Part shown: positions 12,577 to 23,057 of the stretch, piece after piece | Position numbering within the stretch: the stretch's first letter is position 1 | Layout of the letters: each line of letters begins with the position of its first letter | DNA from: Candidatus Hydrogenedentota bacterium | GTDB lineage: Bacteria; Hydrogenedentota; Hydrogenedentia; Hydrogenedentales; SLHB01 | Assembly: GCA_963745075.1 (NCBI GenBank) | Contig: CAVUWV010000021.1 | Location: 137,841-201,840 of the forward strand | Direction of reading: 5' to 3' | Length of the DNA stretch: 64,000 nucleotides | Translations under genes and position numbers: made by a program | Notes under the pieces: generated by a model | What the model saw: only the letters and a program-made list of their open reading frames with translations | The model's database searches: none | Told to the model about the DNA's origin: nothing

Positions 12577-13296
12577 TCAGCGGTTGACCCGGTACCAGAA
12601 GAAATCCGCGATTTCCCGCTCGCGCAGGCAGGCGCGGATCAGCCAGGTGGGATGACGAAACATGAACCAATCGCCGTGCGCATCGAACTTGCGCGCGCAA
12701 AACGTAACATGCGCCTTGCGAAGATTCATAAACTTCAACCCTTGCGTCTTGCCGTGTCGTTTGAGCTTTAACGCAAAATCGACGTCTTCCATCACGAGCT
12801 TGCCCTCGTCAAAGCCGCCGATTTCCCAAAAGGTCTCGGTTCTCATATAGAAAATGTAGAGCGAAACCCCCGTCAAGGGAACGAACGGCGCCAGGGCGAG
12901 AAAGGTCAACCTAATCCCGAGCGACTGGCGGTCGGTCCGCACGTTGGCCACGCCCCCGCCAATGTACAGGCCGGAGTCCAAACAATTCTTGATTTCAACC
13001 AGCATGGTATCCGACATGGTATTGTCGGCATCGGTGAAGATGAGGTACTTTCCGGTCGCGGCGGCCGCGCCGTGATTCTTAACCGTCGAAATGCAGCGTC
13101 GTTCCACATTGACGATCGTTGCGCCGCGGGCAGCGGCAATCTCCGCGGTACGGTCGGTGCTGTCATTGTTCGCGACGATGACTTCGACGGGTTCACCGGC
13201 CTTTTCGGCGGCCACGGCTATCGAGTCGAGACATCGCGCGATCAGCTTCTCCTCATTGTATGCGGGAATGACGATACTGAATGTGGGTGCGCTCAC
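12577..13296 (-). CDS. Glycosyltransferase family 2
   Basis: SIVIPAYNEE, NNDSTDRT, FTDAD, GGFDE..EDVD. Confidence 0.93.
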   Translation of the reverse strand: MSAPTFSIVIPAYNEEKLIARCLDSIAVAAEKAGEPVEVIVANNDSTDRTAEIAAARGATIVNVERRCISTVKNHGAAAATGKYLIFTDADNTMSDTMLVEIKNCLDSGLYIGGGVANVRTDRQSLGIRLTFLALAPFVPLTGVSLYIFYMRTETFWEIGGFDEGKLVMEDVDFALKLKRHGKTQGLKFMNLRKAHVTFCARKFDAHGDWFMFRHPTWLIRACLREREIADFFWYRVNR

Positions 13297-13499
13297 GGCT
13301 GTGTATTTGCTCCGGTCGATACGGTCGTTGGGCTACGTTCTCTCCTGCGCATTTCCGATCGCATCGCGAGTCCGGAACAAGGATAAAAACTATAGCGATC
13401 CTGTTTTGGTTACGTCGAAGCCTACTGGCTCGGCTCTCCGCTCCTCGGGGGCTGCTGAGGGACGCAACTCCGATACGCTACCACCTGGAAGTCCAAACG

Positions 13500-15377
13500 T
13501 TACGGCGTTTGCGCGTTGGAATCAATCGAATTCCATGCGGCCGTTCCCAGGTAGAATCCGTCTTGGTGGCGCCACCTGACAATTGGGGGATATTGTAATG
13601 ATTTCGGCGACTTTCTGGTAATGAATATCCCCTCCCCCGAGGCCAGGGCTCCCAGACGCTGGGTCCCGAGGTCGAGATTCTTCGGGCTCACCTCCGGCCA
13701 GGCGCCCCCGGCAATTCGGCGGTGGGCAAAAAAACCCAGCATCAGCGCCGTGTCCCGGTCGTCGTCCACGTAGAGAATCTGGTCCGGCTTGGTCGAGGCG
13801 GCGATAAGCTGCCCCAGATCCTCCGCTTCCCGTACCCCCAGGTTCCCCAAGTCCTTTCTCGTTTCGTCCACGATGGAGAACCCGAGGCCCCCGACGCCGG
13901 AGGCCGCCAAAAGCCACCCGGATACGTTCAGCATGGGTCCGGGCGGAATTCCCTTGCTGTCGACACCGGCAATCACGATCGACGGACATACGACGGCCAG
14001 CGCCAACATGGCCAGGACGCGTCGCATGGGGGGCCTGCCTGCGAGAAAAGGCACAAAAACGACCGCAATGAGGATGGACCAGAGTTCAAACGTGTGAATG
14101 AAGAACCGGGCGCCGTAGGAGAACAGCATGGGAATGAACGCGAGGATGACCGCGGCCAGCAGCCCATTGCGCTTTTCGGACCATTTGGTGAACCCCCAAG
14201 CGCGTATCATCAGGAGCACCATGACGACGTTGATGGCCTGCATCCAAAACAGCTTGAAGAAGAACCGCGCGACGGGACCGGCGTTCCGGAGGATTTCCGT
14301 GTCCACGGGATTGCTGAACCAGTCCCGATAGTGCCAGACGTGGGCGTACCAGGGCAGCACCAGGGGCACGGCACAGGCCACCATGCCCAACCAAAACCGC
14401 AAATAATCGCGTTGCCAGAGGGAAAAAAGCAGAAGCCCTCCCACAAAGAAGGGCGGAACGCCCATATGGTCGTACAGACCAAGCACGACAAGCAATACCG
14501 ACAGGATGAAACGCTTGGATAAAAAACACACCAGGAGCAGCAGCATCAGCACGTTCACCAGCGCGCTGGGGGTGCACATGAAACTGAAGGTCACAAGGGC
14601 GAGGTCGGTGCCCGCAATCAGCATGGCCAGGTAAGCCCGCCTGTCGTTGAACAGCCATCGGGCGAGGTACCACGTGCATAGCAGGGACAAGGGAAAAAGG
14701 GACGCCTGGAGAACCTGGAATCCCCGGAGCACGTCGCCGCTGAATGGCAACGAACACGCGACGATGAGAAGGTGAAAGAGCGGCGGATACAGATGTGGAC
14801 GCCCCTCCGGAGCGAAGCTCCAGGTATCCCAGAGCGGGATGTGCCCGGTCTCGATGATAGTGCGCGCGACGGAGAGGTGGTAATACGAATCCGGGGGAAA
14901 GGCGAGAAACCGGTTGCGGGAAACCCACAAGGCGATCCACACCACGCCTATCACCGCCAAGCTAACATAGTCGAGCCGTTCGAGCCGGAACGTAAGGGGG
15001 CGCTTCGGCCAAAGCGGTTCCGGTGCTTCGACCGGTTTACGGCGAAGATGTTTCCCCTGCCGCAGCACCACGAAGATGCAAACAAGCCAAGCCACACAAA
15101 TCGCCACACGAGCGGGGGACAGAAACGTGGCCAGCCAAAGCAGCAGGGGAAGCCAGGCAAGACACAAAAGCCAGCCCGCGCAACGGGCGCTTGCCCGTCC
15201 AAAATCCGACCGGATGGGCCAACGCCACAGAGCTAAACCCCAGTCTCCCAAGAACAGCGTGACGATGCAGAGACCGGCGCGGCACCAGTCGTCGCCGGCC
15301 GCCCATCTTACACCATACTCCACGGCTTCAGTCAGGAGGACCGGAAGACGCGCGACGTAAAACAAGAGGGAGCGCAA
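13500..15377 (-). CDS. Polytopic membrane protein, STT3/GT-C-like
   Basis: DSYYHL..HLYPPLFH motif, many TM helices; start and end uncertain. Confidence 0.65.
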   Translation of the reverse strand: MRSLLFYVARLPVLLTEAVEYGVRWAAGDDWCRAGLCIVTLFLGDWGLALWRWPIRSDFGRASARCAGWLLCLAWLPLLLWLATFLSPARVAICVAWLVCIFVVLRQGKHLRRKPVEAPEPLWPKRPLTFRLERLDYVSLAVIGVVWIALWVSRNRFLAFPPDSYYHLSVARTIIETGHIPLWDTWSFAPEGRPHLYPPLFHLLIVACSLPFSGDVLRGFQVLQASLFPLSLLCTWYLARWLFNDRRAYLAMLIAGTDLALVTFSFMCTPSALVNVLMLLLLVCFLSKRFILSVLLVVLGLYDHMGVPPFFVGGLLLFSLWQRDYLRFWLGMVACAVPLVLPWYAHVWHYRDWFSNPVDTEILRNAGPVARFFFKLFWMQAINVVMVLLMIRAWGFTKWSEKRNGLLAAVILAFIPMLFSYGARFFIHTFELWSILIAVVFVPFLAGRPPMRRVLAMLALAVVCPSIVIAGVDSKGIPPGPMLNVSGWLLAASGVGGLGFSIVDETRKDLGNLGVREAEDLGQLIAASTKPDQILYVDDDRDTALMLGFFAHRRIAGGAWPEVSPKNLDLGTQRLGALASGEGIFITRKSPKSLQYPPIVRWRHQDGFYLGTAAWNSIDSNAQTP

Positions 15378-15430
15378 GGCTAGTTTCCTTACCGAATCGC
15401 TGGGCGAAGGCGCACGCCGTGGCCGTAACC

Positions 15431-18056
15431 TCAGCCGGTTGCCCCCAACGTCACATTCGCGGTGAGGAGTCCATTCTCCGGGGTACCCTCCACCACGTCA
15501 AAGACCTCAATATGAAGCATGCGCATGATGTCGTCGCGGGTGGCTTCGACCGCAGAAAGAACCTCCGCGGGAGCCGAAACCACGAGTCGTTCGACGGGCG
15601 CTTTCATACTGAGATTGGCTTCGGCCTTGGCCTTGCGCACGGCCTCCACGACCGCCACCGCCGCATCGAAGGTCTGTGGAGCGGCAGGTCGCGGCACGGC
15701 CTCGAATTCGGCGGTCGACGGCCATCGGCTGCGGTGTACGGATTCGTGCATCCCCTCGTCGCCGTTGTAACACCAGTGCCAGACTTCCTCGCTCAGGTAC
15801 GGCAGAAACGGCGCCAGCATCCGGACCATCGCGCGGTGTACGAGACGCAGCGCGGACGCGGCGGACAACCGGCCCTCGGTGAGTTCCTCGTCGTACGTGC
15901 GGGGTTTTGCGAGTTCGAGGAAGTTGTCGCAGAACGTGCGCCAGAAGAAATCCTCGATCAGCGAAAGCGCCTGGGCGTAGTCGAACTGCTCGAACGCCGC
16001 AGTCGCCCGCTCGATGGTGGGGCGCAGCTCCTGAATGACCGCGCGGTCGGTTTCGTTCACGATCTTTTCCGGGCCCAGCAGCGCGGTATCGATCCCTTCA
16101 AAGCGGCCGATGGCGAACTTGCTGGCATTGAAAAGCTTCGTGCAGAGCCGTTTACCGACTTTGAAGACCTGCTCGTCATAGGCCGTATCCACCCCGAGCC
16201 GTGCGCGCGCCGCCCAATAGCGCACCGCGTCCGCGCCGAACTGGTCGATGAGCGGCTCGGGCGTGACGACGTTGCCCTGGCTTTTGGACATCTTCTTGCG
16301 GTCGGGATCGAGTATCCATCCGCTGATGACGACATTGCGCCAGGGAATTTCGTTCTCATGCAGATAGGCCTTCACGATCGTGTAGAAAGCCCATGTACGA
16401 ATGATTTCGTGGCTTTGCGGACGGATGTCCATGGGAAAAAGTTTTCCGTGGCGTTCGCCATCGAGTAACCAATGCGTGGCGATCTGCGGCGTCAGCGAAC
16501 TCGTCGCCCAGGTATCGAACACGTCGGGGTCGCCGGTGAAGCCGTTCGGTTCGTCGCGCTGCTCCTGGGTATACCCCGGCGGCACGTCGTCCAACGGATC
16601 GATAGGCAGCGATGCCGCACTAGGCACGATTTGTTCGTCATGCAGAATCCGACCATCCACGTCAATCTTGTACCACACCGGGATCGGCACGCCGAAGAAG
16701 CGTTGCCGGCTCATGCACCAATCCTGGTTCAACCCCTCGACCCAGTGCTCGTAACGAATGCCCATGTGCTTGGGATGCCACTGGATTTTGTGCCCCTGAC
16801 CGACAAGCGCTTCCTTGTGATCGAGGATGCGCGTGAACCACTGGCGTGCCGGAATAAGTTCCAGGGGCCGATCACCCTTCTCAAAAAACTTCACGGCGTG
16901 GGTAATCGCTTCGCTCGGCCGGGCGATGACGCCGTCAGTCGCAGTGGCGATTTCGACAATCCGCTTCTGCGCCTGTTTGACGTACATGCCCTGCAATTGC
17001 GCGTAGATTTCGTTGGCCGCGTCGGGGTTCACGCTGACGAATCGGTGATCCGTATCCGGCGCGCCAAACCGGACGGCAAGAAGATGCCCGTCACGATCCA
17101 GCACTTGACGAATCGGCAGGTTGTATTCGCGCACCCATTCCATATCCGTCTGGTCGCCGAAGGTACAGACCATCACGATCCCGGTTCCCTTTTCGGGATC
17201 CGCTTTGGGATCGGCCATGATCGGCACCGGCGCCTCAAACATCGGCGTGACCGCGTTCTTACCCACGAGATGCTGGTACCGGTCGTCGTCGGGATGGACG
17301 AGCACCGCAACGCACGCCGGCAGCAATTCGGGCCGCGTCGTCGCGATGACAATCTTCTCGTCGCTCCCCTCAATGCCAAACCGCAGAAAATGAAAGGCAC
17401 TGGGACGTTCCTTGTCCACGACTTCGGCCTGGGCGATGGCCGTGCGGAAATCCACGTCCCACATGACGGGCCGCTCCGCTTGATAGACTTCGCCCTGCCG
17501 CAGCAATTCAAGGAAGCTCAATTGCGAAATCCGCCGGCAATGTTCGTCGATGGTGGCGTATTCCTGGTCCCAGTCGTAGGACAGGCCGAGGCGGCTCCAC
17601 AGATGCCGGAAGGCTTCTTCATCCTCGCGCGTGACTTCCTGGCACAGCTCGATGAAATTGCGGCGGCTGATGGGCAAAGGATCACCCTTGCGGGCGCGTT
17701 CGCCCTTGAATTCCGGGTCGTAATGCAGGTGAGGTTCGCACTTCACGTTGTAGAGGTTCTGAACGCGGCGCTCGGTCGGCAAGCCGTTATCGTCCCAACC
17801 GATGGGAAAGAAAATGTTCTTGCCGCACATGCGCTGGAAGCGAACAATGAAATCCTGGTGCGAGTAGCTGAAAAGATGACCGACGTGCAGCGACCCGCTC
17901 ACCGTCGGCGGCGGGGTGTCCACCACAAACGTTTCGTCGCGACCCTTGGATGGATCCCACGCATAGACGTTCTTTCTCTTGCCACTCGCTGCGCCACCGC
18001 TCTTCAAGACTCTCGGGCGCATACCTTTTCGGCAGTTCGGTATTCGGAACGCTCAT
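15431..18056 (-). CDS. valS: Valyl-tRNA synthetase (type 2); frameshift near 17973, probably an assembly error
   Basis: DTPPPTVSGSLHVGH, GWDDNGLPTE, WCMSRQR, KMSKS; N-terminus MSVPNTELPKRY lies in another frame. Confidence 0.96.
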
Positions 18057-18175
18057 CAATCACTCCTGGAAAACACTCTACGGATCCGAGGCGGAACCGT
18101 AACCGCTGCAAGAAGTTGAAAGGCATAAGTATAACAGGACAACTCGCCGCGTTGCACCCTTCACGGCGCGAGAAA

Positions 18176-18823
18176 TCACCCGCCGAGAACAAAGATTAGT
18201 ACGGCCTTGCGCAGAAACATCAGTGGGCCTGGAAGGATGGTGTTGGCCGCGACAATGGCGATGAGAATACCAAATGGTCCGATGGACGCGAGTGCCTTCT
18301 GACCTTTCTCGGGAAGCAAATAATGCAGTACGTAGTGTCCGTCCAATGGTGGCACGGGGATAACGTTAAACAGCATCAACAGCAGATTGATCATGATCAA
18401 CGCCATGGGAATGCTGTACTGCGGAGCCGTCAGAAACTCGGACACCCCCATGGGCGGATTCACCATGATAATAATCTTCAGAGCGATGGCGCTCACAACG
18501 GCGAGAATCAAATTCGAGACCGGCCCGGCGATGGCAATGAGCATGGGGTCGCGACGGATGTTGTGAAGATTGACGGGGTTGAACGGGACCGGCTTGGCCC
18601 ACCCGAACAGGTAGGGAATTCCGGTAAACATCATGAACAGGGGCAGCACGACGGTGCCGATGGGGTCAATATGGGCCAAGGGGTTAAGGGATACCCGGCC
18701 CAATAGCCGGGCAGACGGATCGCCGCATCGGTCGGCGGTTATTGCATGGGCAGCTTCATGAACGCACAATGAAAACAAGAGCGCCATGTATTGAATCAGG
18801 AGTACGGAAATGTTTATATTCAA
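18176..18823 (-). CDS. Site-2 protease (M50) family
   Basis: HEAAH, NPLAHIDP, GWAKPVP, FNVIPVPPLDG. Confidence 0.95.
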   Translation of the reverse strand: MNINISVLLIQYMALLFSLCVHEAAHAITADRCGDPSARLLGRVSLNPLAHIDPIGTVVLPLFMMFTGIPYLFGWAKPVPFNPVNLHNIRRDPMLIAIAGPVSNLILAVVSAIALKIIIMVNPPMGVSEFLTAPQYSIPMALIMINLLLMLFNVIPVPPLDGHYVLHYLLPEKGQKALASIGPFGILIAIVAANTILPGPLMFLRKAVLIFVLGG

Positions 18824-18922
18824 AGGACTTACCTCGCCATGAATGTGGCGCGATACCGCTGGAGGCCGGTGCGCGGTGAGTGAAATACCCGTACTACGGG
18901 CTTGTCATGTGCTAGCGTCGGC

Positions 18923-18952
18923 AGTATACGGCAACGCCGTATGGGGAGTCAA
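18923..18952 (-). promoter_or_regulatory. Sigma-70 promoter for the M50 protease gene
   Basis: Minus strand TTGACT-N18-TATACT. Confidence 0.6.
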
Positions 18953-18990
18953 AATCCACGGCAGACGCTCCAGCCTACCTATCGAGGTGG

Positions 18991-19064
18991 TTGACAAGTC
19001 GGCTCAGATATTCTAAGCTGCCTTTAGAAATGGACTTGCAGAAATGGGGCCCATTCCGTATAAT
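18991..19064 (+). promoter_or_regulatory. Tandem sigma-70 promoters for HU
   Basis: TTGACA-N17-TAAGCT (18991-19019) and TTGCAG-N17-TATAAT (19036-19064). Confidence 0.65.
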
Positions 19065-19154
19065 GCATTTCGTCCTTAGTTCGGTGCAATGGGTGCACGC
19101 TTCCGCATGGGCGGGAGCAGGCCGTCAGTGGAAGGAGGGTCTGGCTCGGTGACA

Positions 19155-19546
19155 ATGACAAAACGCGAACTGGTGATCCGGGTGGCCAACATGCTGGGAA
19201 TGACCCAGAGCGACGTGGCCAAGATCATCGAAGGTACTTTCGACACCATTTCCCGCACGCTGGCCGAAGGGCAGCGCTGGGAACTGCGCGATTTCGGCGT
19301 GTTCGAAGTCAAGACCCGCGCCTCGCGCATCGGCAGAAACCCCCGCACGGGCGAGCAAGTTCCTGTGCCGGAACGACGTGTGGTGACATTCCGTCCAGGT
19401 AAAAAGATGAAGGAGCTTATTGCCGACACAAACCGGGTGAAGCACGCCAGACCGACACCGGTGCTCCATCCAGCCCGACGCCGCCACCGTCTGCGCCCGA
19501 ACCGCCTTCATCCGGCGGTGAGTCCAGCGGTGGCATGTCGTTTTAA
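19155..19546 (+). CDS. hup: HU/IHF family DNA-binding protein with Pro/Ser-rich tail; probable frameshift near 19430
   Basis: MTKRELV, FGVFEVK, GRNPRTGEQV, VTFRPGK. An alternative frame gives PSSPTPPPSAPEPPSSGG-SF-TAA, followed by a terminator. Confidence 0.9.
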
Positions 19547-19564
19547 TCGTCCCTTCATTTCCGA

Positions 19565-19598
19565 GCAGCCGTCTCCCGAGAGGCGGCTGTTGTTAGTT
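19565..19598 (+). terminator. Intrinsic terminator after HU
   Basis: GCAGCCGTCTC-CC-GAGAGGCGGCTGT hairpin region followed by TGTTAGTT. Confidence 0.6.
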
Positions 19599-19645
19599 CT
19601 AGGTCCGGGTGTAAACACGTTCGACCCTTTGCCGTGTAGCGCAGA

Positions 19646-20716
19646 ATGACTCATCCCTCGTCTTCCAGCCGTTCAACACTGCGTCGCCGTCTCCCAGCGG
19701 AATGGGAACCACAAGCCGGCATTCAACTTACATGGCCCCATGCGGACAGCGACTGGGCGCCCGTCTTGGACGCCGCCGAAGCCACGTTCGCGGAAATCGT
19801 CCGGCAAGTTACGAAATGGGAACCGGTCCTCCTGGCCGCTTCGGACCGGCAACATTCACGTTCCGTCTTGCGCGATGCCGGCGTCGACCTCTCGAGCGTT
19901 CACACGTACGAGATCCCGTCGGACGACACGTGGGCGCGGGACCACGGCCCCATAACGGTTTACGAAGACGGGGCGCCCCTGCTCCTCGATTTTACGTTCA
20001 ATGGGTGGGGCGGGAAGTTCACGGCCGATCGCGACAACCGCGTCACCCGCGCGCTACATGAGGCCGGAGCGTTCGGGACGACGCCGATTCGCAGCCTCGA
20101 CGTTGTGCTCGAAGGCGGGTCGATCGATTCCGACGGTGCAGGCACGCTCTTGACCACGTCACAATGCCTGTTGACGCCCACCCGCAATCGGGAACTCGAT
20201 CAAACCCGGATCGAGGCGACGTTGCGCGATGCCTTCGGCGCGGATCGTATTCTGTGGCTCCACCATGGTTATCTCGCGGGCGATGACACGGACTCGCATG
20301 TGGACACGCTGGCACGCTTCTGCAATAAATCAACCATCGCGCATGTGTTTTGTGATGACGCACAGGACGAACACTTCGAGTCGCTTCGTGCGATGGAAAA
20401 TGAATTGCAGGCCTTTCGCACGCGGGACGGCGCGCCATACCGCCTCGTGCGCCTGCCGCTGCCTACACCATGCTATGATGACGAAGGGAATCGTCTTCCC
20501 GCAACATACGCGAATTTTCTGATACTCAACGGCGCCGTATTGGTGCCGGCGTACAATGTACCGGAAGACGCGATTGCGCGGTCCGTGTTGGCAACGTGCT
20601 TTGCCGATCGCGTGGTAATCGGAGTTCCATGTAATACCTTGATCGCACAGCACGGCTCGTTGCATTGCGTGACGATGCAACTGCCAACGGGAGTGGAATG
20701 GTGCCTGAAACCTTGA
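19646..20716 (+). CDS. aguA: Agmatine deiminase (PAD_porph family)
   Basis: PAEWE, DTWARDHGP, FNGWG, EGGSIDSDG, DDTDSHVD, GSLHCVTMQ. Confidence 0.95.
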   Translation: MTHPSSSSRSTLRRRLPAEWEPQAGIQLTWPHADSDWAPVLDAAEATFAEIVRQVTKWEPVLLAASDRQHSRSVLRDAGVDLSSVHTYEIPSDDTWARDHGPITVYEDGAPLLLDFTFNGWGGKFTADRDNRVTRALHEAGAFGTTPIRSLDVVLEGGSIDSDGAGTLLTTSQCLLTPTRNRELDQTRIEATLRDAFGADRILWLHHGYLAGDDTDSHVDTLARFCNKSTIAHVFCDDAQDEHFESLRAMENELQAFRTRDGAPYRLVRLPLPTPCYDDEGNRLPATYANFLILNGAVLVPAYNVPEDAIARSVLATCFADRVVIGVPCNTLIAQHGSLHCVTMQLPTGVEWCLKP

Positions 20717-21588
20717 AGGTTGGCCTTATCCAGCAACGCTGTGTTGCCGACCGGACCGCAAACCTCGAAAAAACGATCGAAAACATTCGCGAGGCGGCCG
20801 CCCAAGCTGCACAGGTCGTCGCGCTTCAGGAATTGCACACCGGCCCCTATTTCTGCCAAACGGAAGACACGCAAATCTTCGATTGGGCGGAGCCAATACC
20901 CGGCCCGACGACGCAACGATTGGGCGAAGTGGCGAAAGCGTGCAACGTGGTTCTTGTCGCGTCCCTCTTCGAGCGGCGAACCTCCGGTTTGTATCACAAT
21001 ACCGCAGTCGCCATTGAAAAAGACGGTTCCATTGCAGGTAAGTACCGAAAGATGCACATTCCGGACGACCCCGGCTACTACGAGAAATTCTATTTCACGC
21101 CCGGCGACTTGGGCTTCGTTCCAATTCAAACCTCCGCCGGCCGCGTTGGCTCGCTCATATGCTGGGACCAATGGTTCCCCGAAGGCGCCCGCCTGATGGC
21201 CATGCGCGGCGCCGAGTTCCTCGTGTACCCCACGGCCATTGGATGGACTCCTTCCGATTCCCAGGACGAAAAAGACCGCCAACGCGACGCGTGGATCACC
21301 ATCCAACGCGCCCATGCCGTGGCAAACGGTCTTCCCGTAATCAGTGTCAACCGCGTCGGGCACGAAGCGGATCCATCGGGTGCTACCGACGGGATCCAAT
21401 TCTGGGGGTCGAGTTTCGTTGCCGGACCGCAAGGAGAAATCCTCGCACAGGCTTCCGTGAACGAAGAAGCAGTACTCGTCACGGAAATCGACCTGAAACG
21501 CAGTGAAGACGTTCGCCGTATCTGGCCGTTTCTTCGCGACCGGCGCATCGATGCCTACGAAGGTCTTGAAGAGCGCTTCCTGGACTAA
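20698..21588 (+). CDS. aguB: N-carbamoylputrescine amidase (carbon-nitrogen hydrolase)
   Basis: QELH, YRKMHIPDDPGYYEKFYF, ICWDQWFPE, YPTAIG; adjacent to aguA. Confidence 0.93.
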   Translation: MVPETLKVGLIQQRCVADRTANLEKTIENIREAAAQAAQVVALQELHTGPYFCQTEDTQIFDWAEPIPGPTTQRLGEVAKACNVVLVASLFERRTSGLYHNTAVAIEKDGSIAGKYRKMHIPDDPGYYEKFYFTPGDLGFVPIQTSAGRVGSLICWDQWFPEGARLMAMRGAEFLVYPTAIGWTPSDSQDEKDRQRDAWITIQRAHAVANGLPVISVNRVGHEADPSGATDGIQFWGSSFVAGPQGEILAQASVNEEAVLVTEIDLKRSEDVRRIWPFLRDRRIDAYEGLEERFLD

Positions 21589-21736
21589 ACCCACCCGCTT
21601 CGCCATGCATCGATCGTTCGAACTGTCCTTCAAAACATGCATGTGAGATACATCGTTATGAACTTTGATCTCAAATGTAGATTGGGTGCCCAGGGAAGGT
21701 GCTGCAATGTTCTGTACTCGATAAGGGGATCCTCAC

Positions 21737-22942
21737 ATGCGTAGATTTAGTCTCTTGCCGATTCTGTTTCTCACCTTGTCCATTTTTCTTCTCTTGTCCG
21801 GTTGCCCATCCAGCACCCCACCACCGGGAAAAGGCAGCGTGGTCGTGCTCGGTTACAACGATCTCGGCATGCACTGCATGAACGAAGACTTCTCAGAACT
21901 GATGATTTTGCCACCGTACAACAATTTACATGCACAGGTGATCGAACGCCGTGGTGAAGAACCGCGGATTCTGCAAAGCGGAATTACCGTCAGCTATACG
22001 ATTCCCGGGAACACGACCTCCTCGAACAAAACGAACTTTTGGGACTACGCCTACGATCTGTTCGGCGTCAATCTGGCGCCGGATGTTGGACTGGCCGGGA
22101 ATGGGCTGTCCGGCACGATGGTGCCGACCGGCGACAACGATTGGATCGCGGAGGGCATCCCGCTGACCCCCATCATGGATGACCAGACGTTGAACCCCTA
22201 TCCGTTGGCGGACATCACGGTAACGCGCGCGGGTAACGACGTAGCGTCGACCCAGGCGGTGGTGCCCGTATCCTGGGAGATCAGCTGCGACCTGTGCCAT
22301 ACCACCGACGGCGCAGACGGCACGGCCGATGCCACCGTGGCGATGGACATCCTCACCGACCACGACCGGCTACATATGACCGACCTCGCGAACCAGACGC
22401 CGGTCGCATGTGGGGACTGCCACGGCCAGCCGCCGCTCGGCACCACGGGAACGCCGCTGCTCTCCCACGCGATGCATGGGGCCCACGCTTCCCGGATGTC
22501 GATGGTTTCGCTCCAAGTCGAGTGTTACGCGTGCCATCCCGGCGTGAATACGGACTGCTTGCGTGGGGTGCACAAAACGAAGGGGTTGGTTTGCAACGAC
22601 TGTCACGGCGACATGACGGATGTGGCAAATACGAACCGGATGCCGTGGGTCGACGAACCGCGTTGTGATGATTGCCACGTTCGGACCGGTTTCGAGTTTG
22701 AGCAGCCAAACACGTTATACCGGAACTCGAAAGGCCATCATGGCGTGCATTGTGCCGCGTGCCACGGTAGTCCGCACGCGATAACGCCAACCGGAGTTCC
22801 GGCGGACAACGTGCAGGCGATTGCTTTGCAAGGTCATTCGGGGCCGATCGACACGTGCAGCGTCTGTCACATCGGTCACCCGGAAGATGGATTTACACAC
22901 CGGTACAGCGGCGGAGGTGATGACGACAAGGGGCTCTCGTGA
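21737..22942 (+). CDS. Multiheme cytochrome c lipoprotein (7 CxxCH)
   Basis: Lipobox LLSGC; CDLCH, CGDCH, CYACH, CNDCH, CDDCH, CAACH, CSVCH; N-terminal NDLGMHC domain. Confidence 0.92.
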   Translation: MRRFSLLPILFLTLSIFLLLSGCPSSTPPPGKGSVVVLGYNDLGMHCMNEDFSELMILPPYNNLHAQVIERRGEEPRILQSGITVSYTIPGNTTSSNKTNFWDYAYDLFGVNLAPDVGLAGNGLSGTMVPTGDNDWIAEGIPLTPIMDDQTLNPYPLADITVTRAGNDVASTQAVVPVSWEISCDLCHTTDGADGTADATVAMDILTDHDRLHMTDLANQTPVACGDCHGQPPLGTTGTPLLSHAMHGAHASRMSMVSLQVECYACHPGVNTDCLRGVHKTKGLVCNDCHGDMTDVANTNRMPWVDEPRCDDCHVRTGFEFEQPNTLYRNSKGHHGVHCAACHGSPHAITPTGVPADNVQAIALQGHSGPIDTCSVCHIGHPEDGFTHRYSGGGDDDKGLS

Positions 22943-22997
22943 TCGGAAACGCCAGTCTCCGTTGCATGCGACAAATCGCCATCCGTGACACGATAGA

Positions 22998-23030
22998 AAG
23001 CGCGCCCGGCCGAGTCGGCCGGGCGCGCTT
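22998..23030. terminator. Bidirectional terminator-like hairpin between convergent genes
   Basis: AAGCGCGCCCGGCCG-AGT-CGGCCGGGCGCGCTT, 15-bp perfect stem. Confidence 0.75.
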
Positions 23031-23057
23031 CGTTCTGCCACAAGTGGTCTGAAGCCG

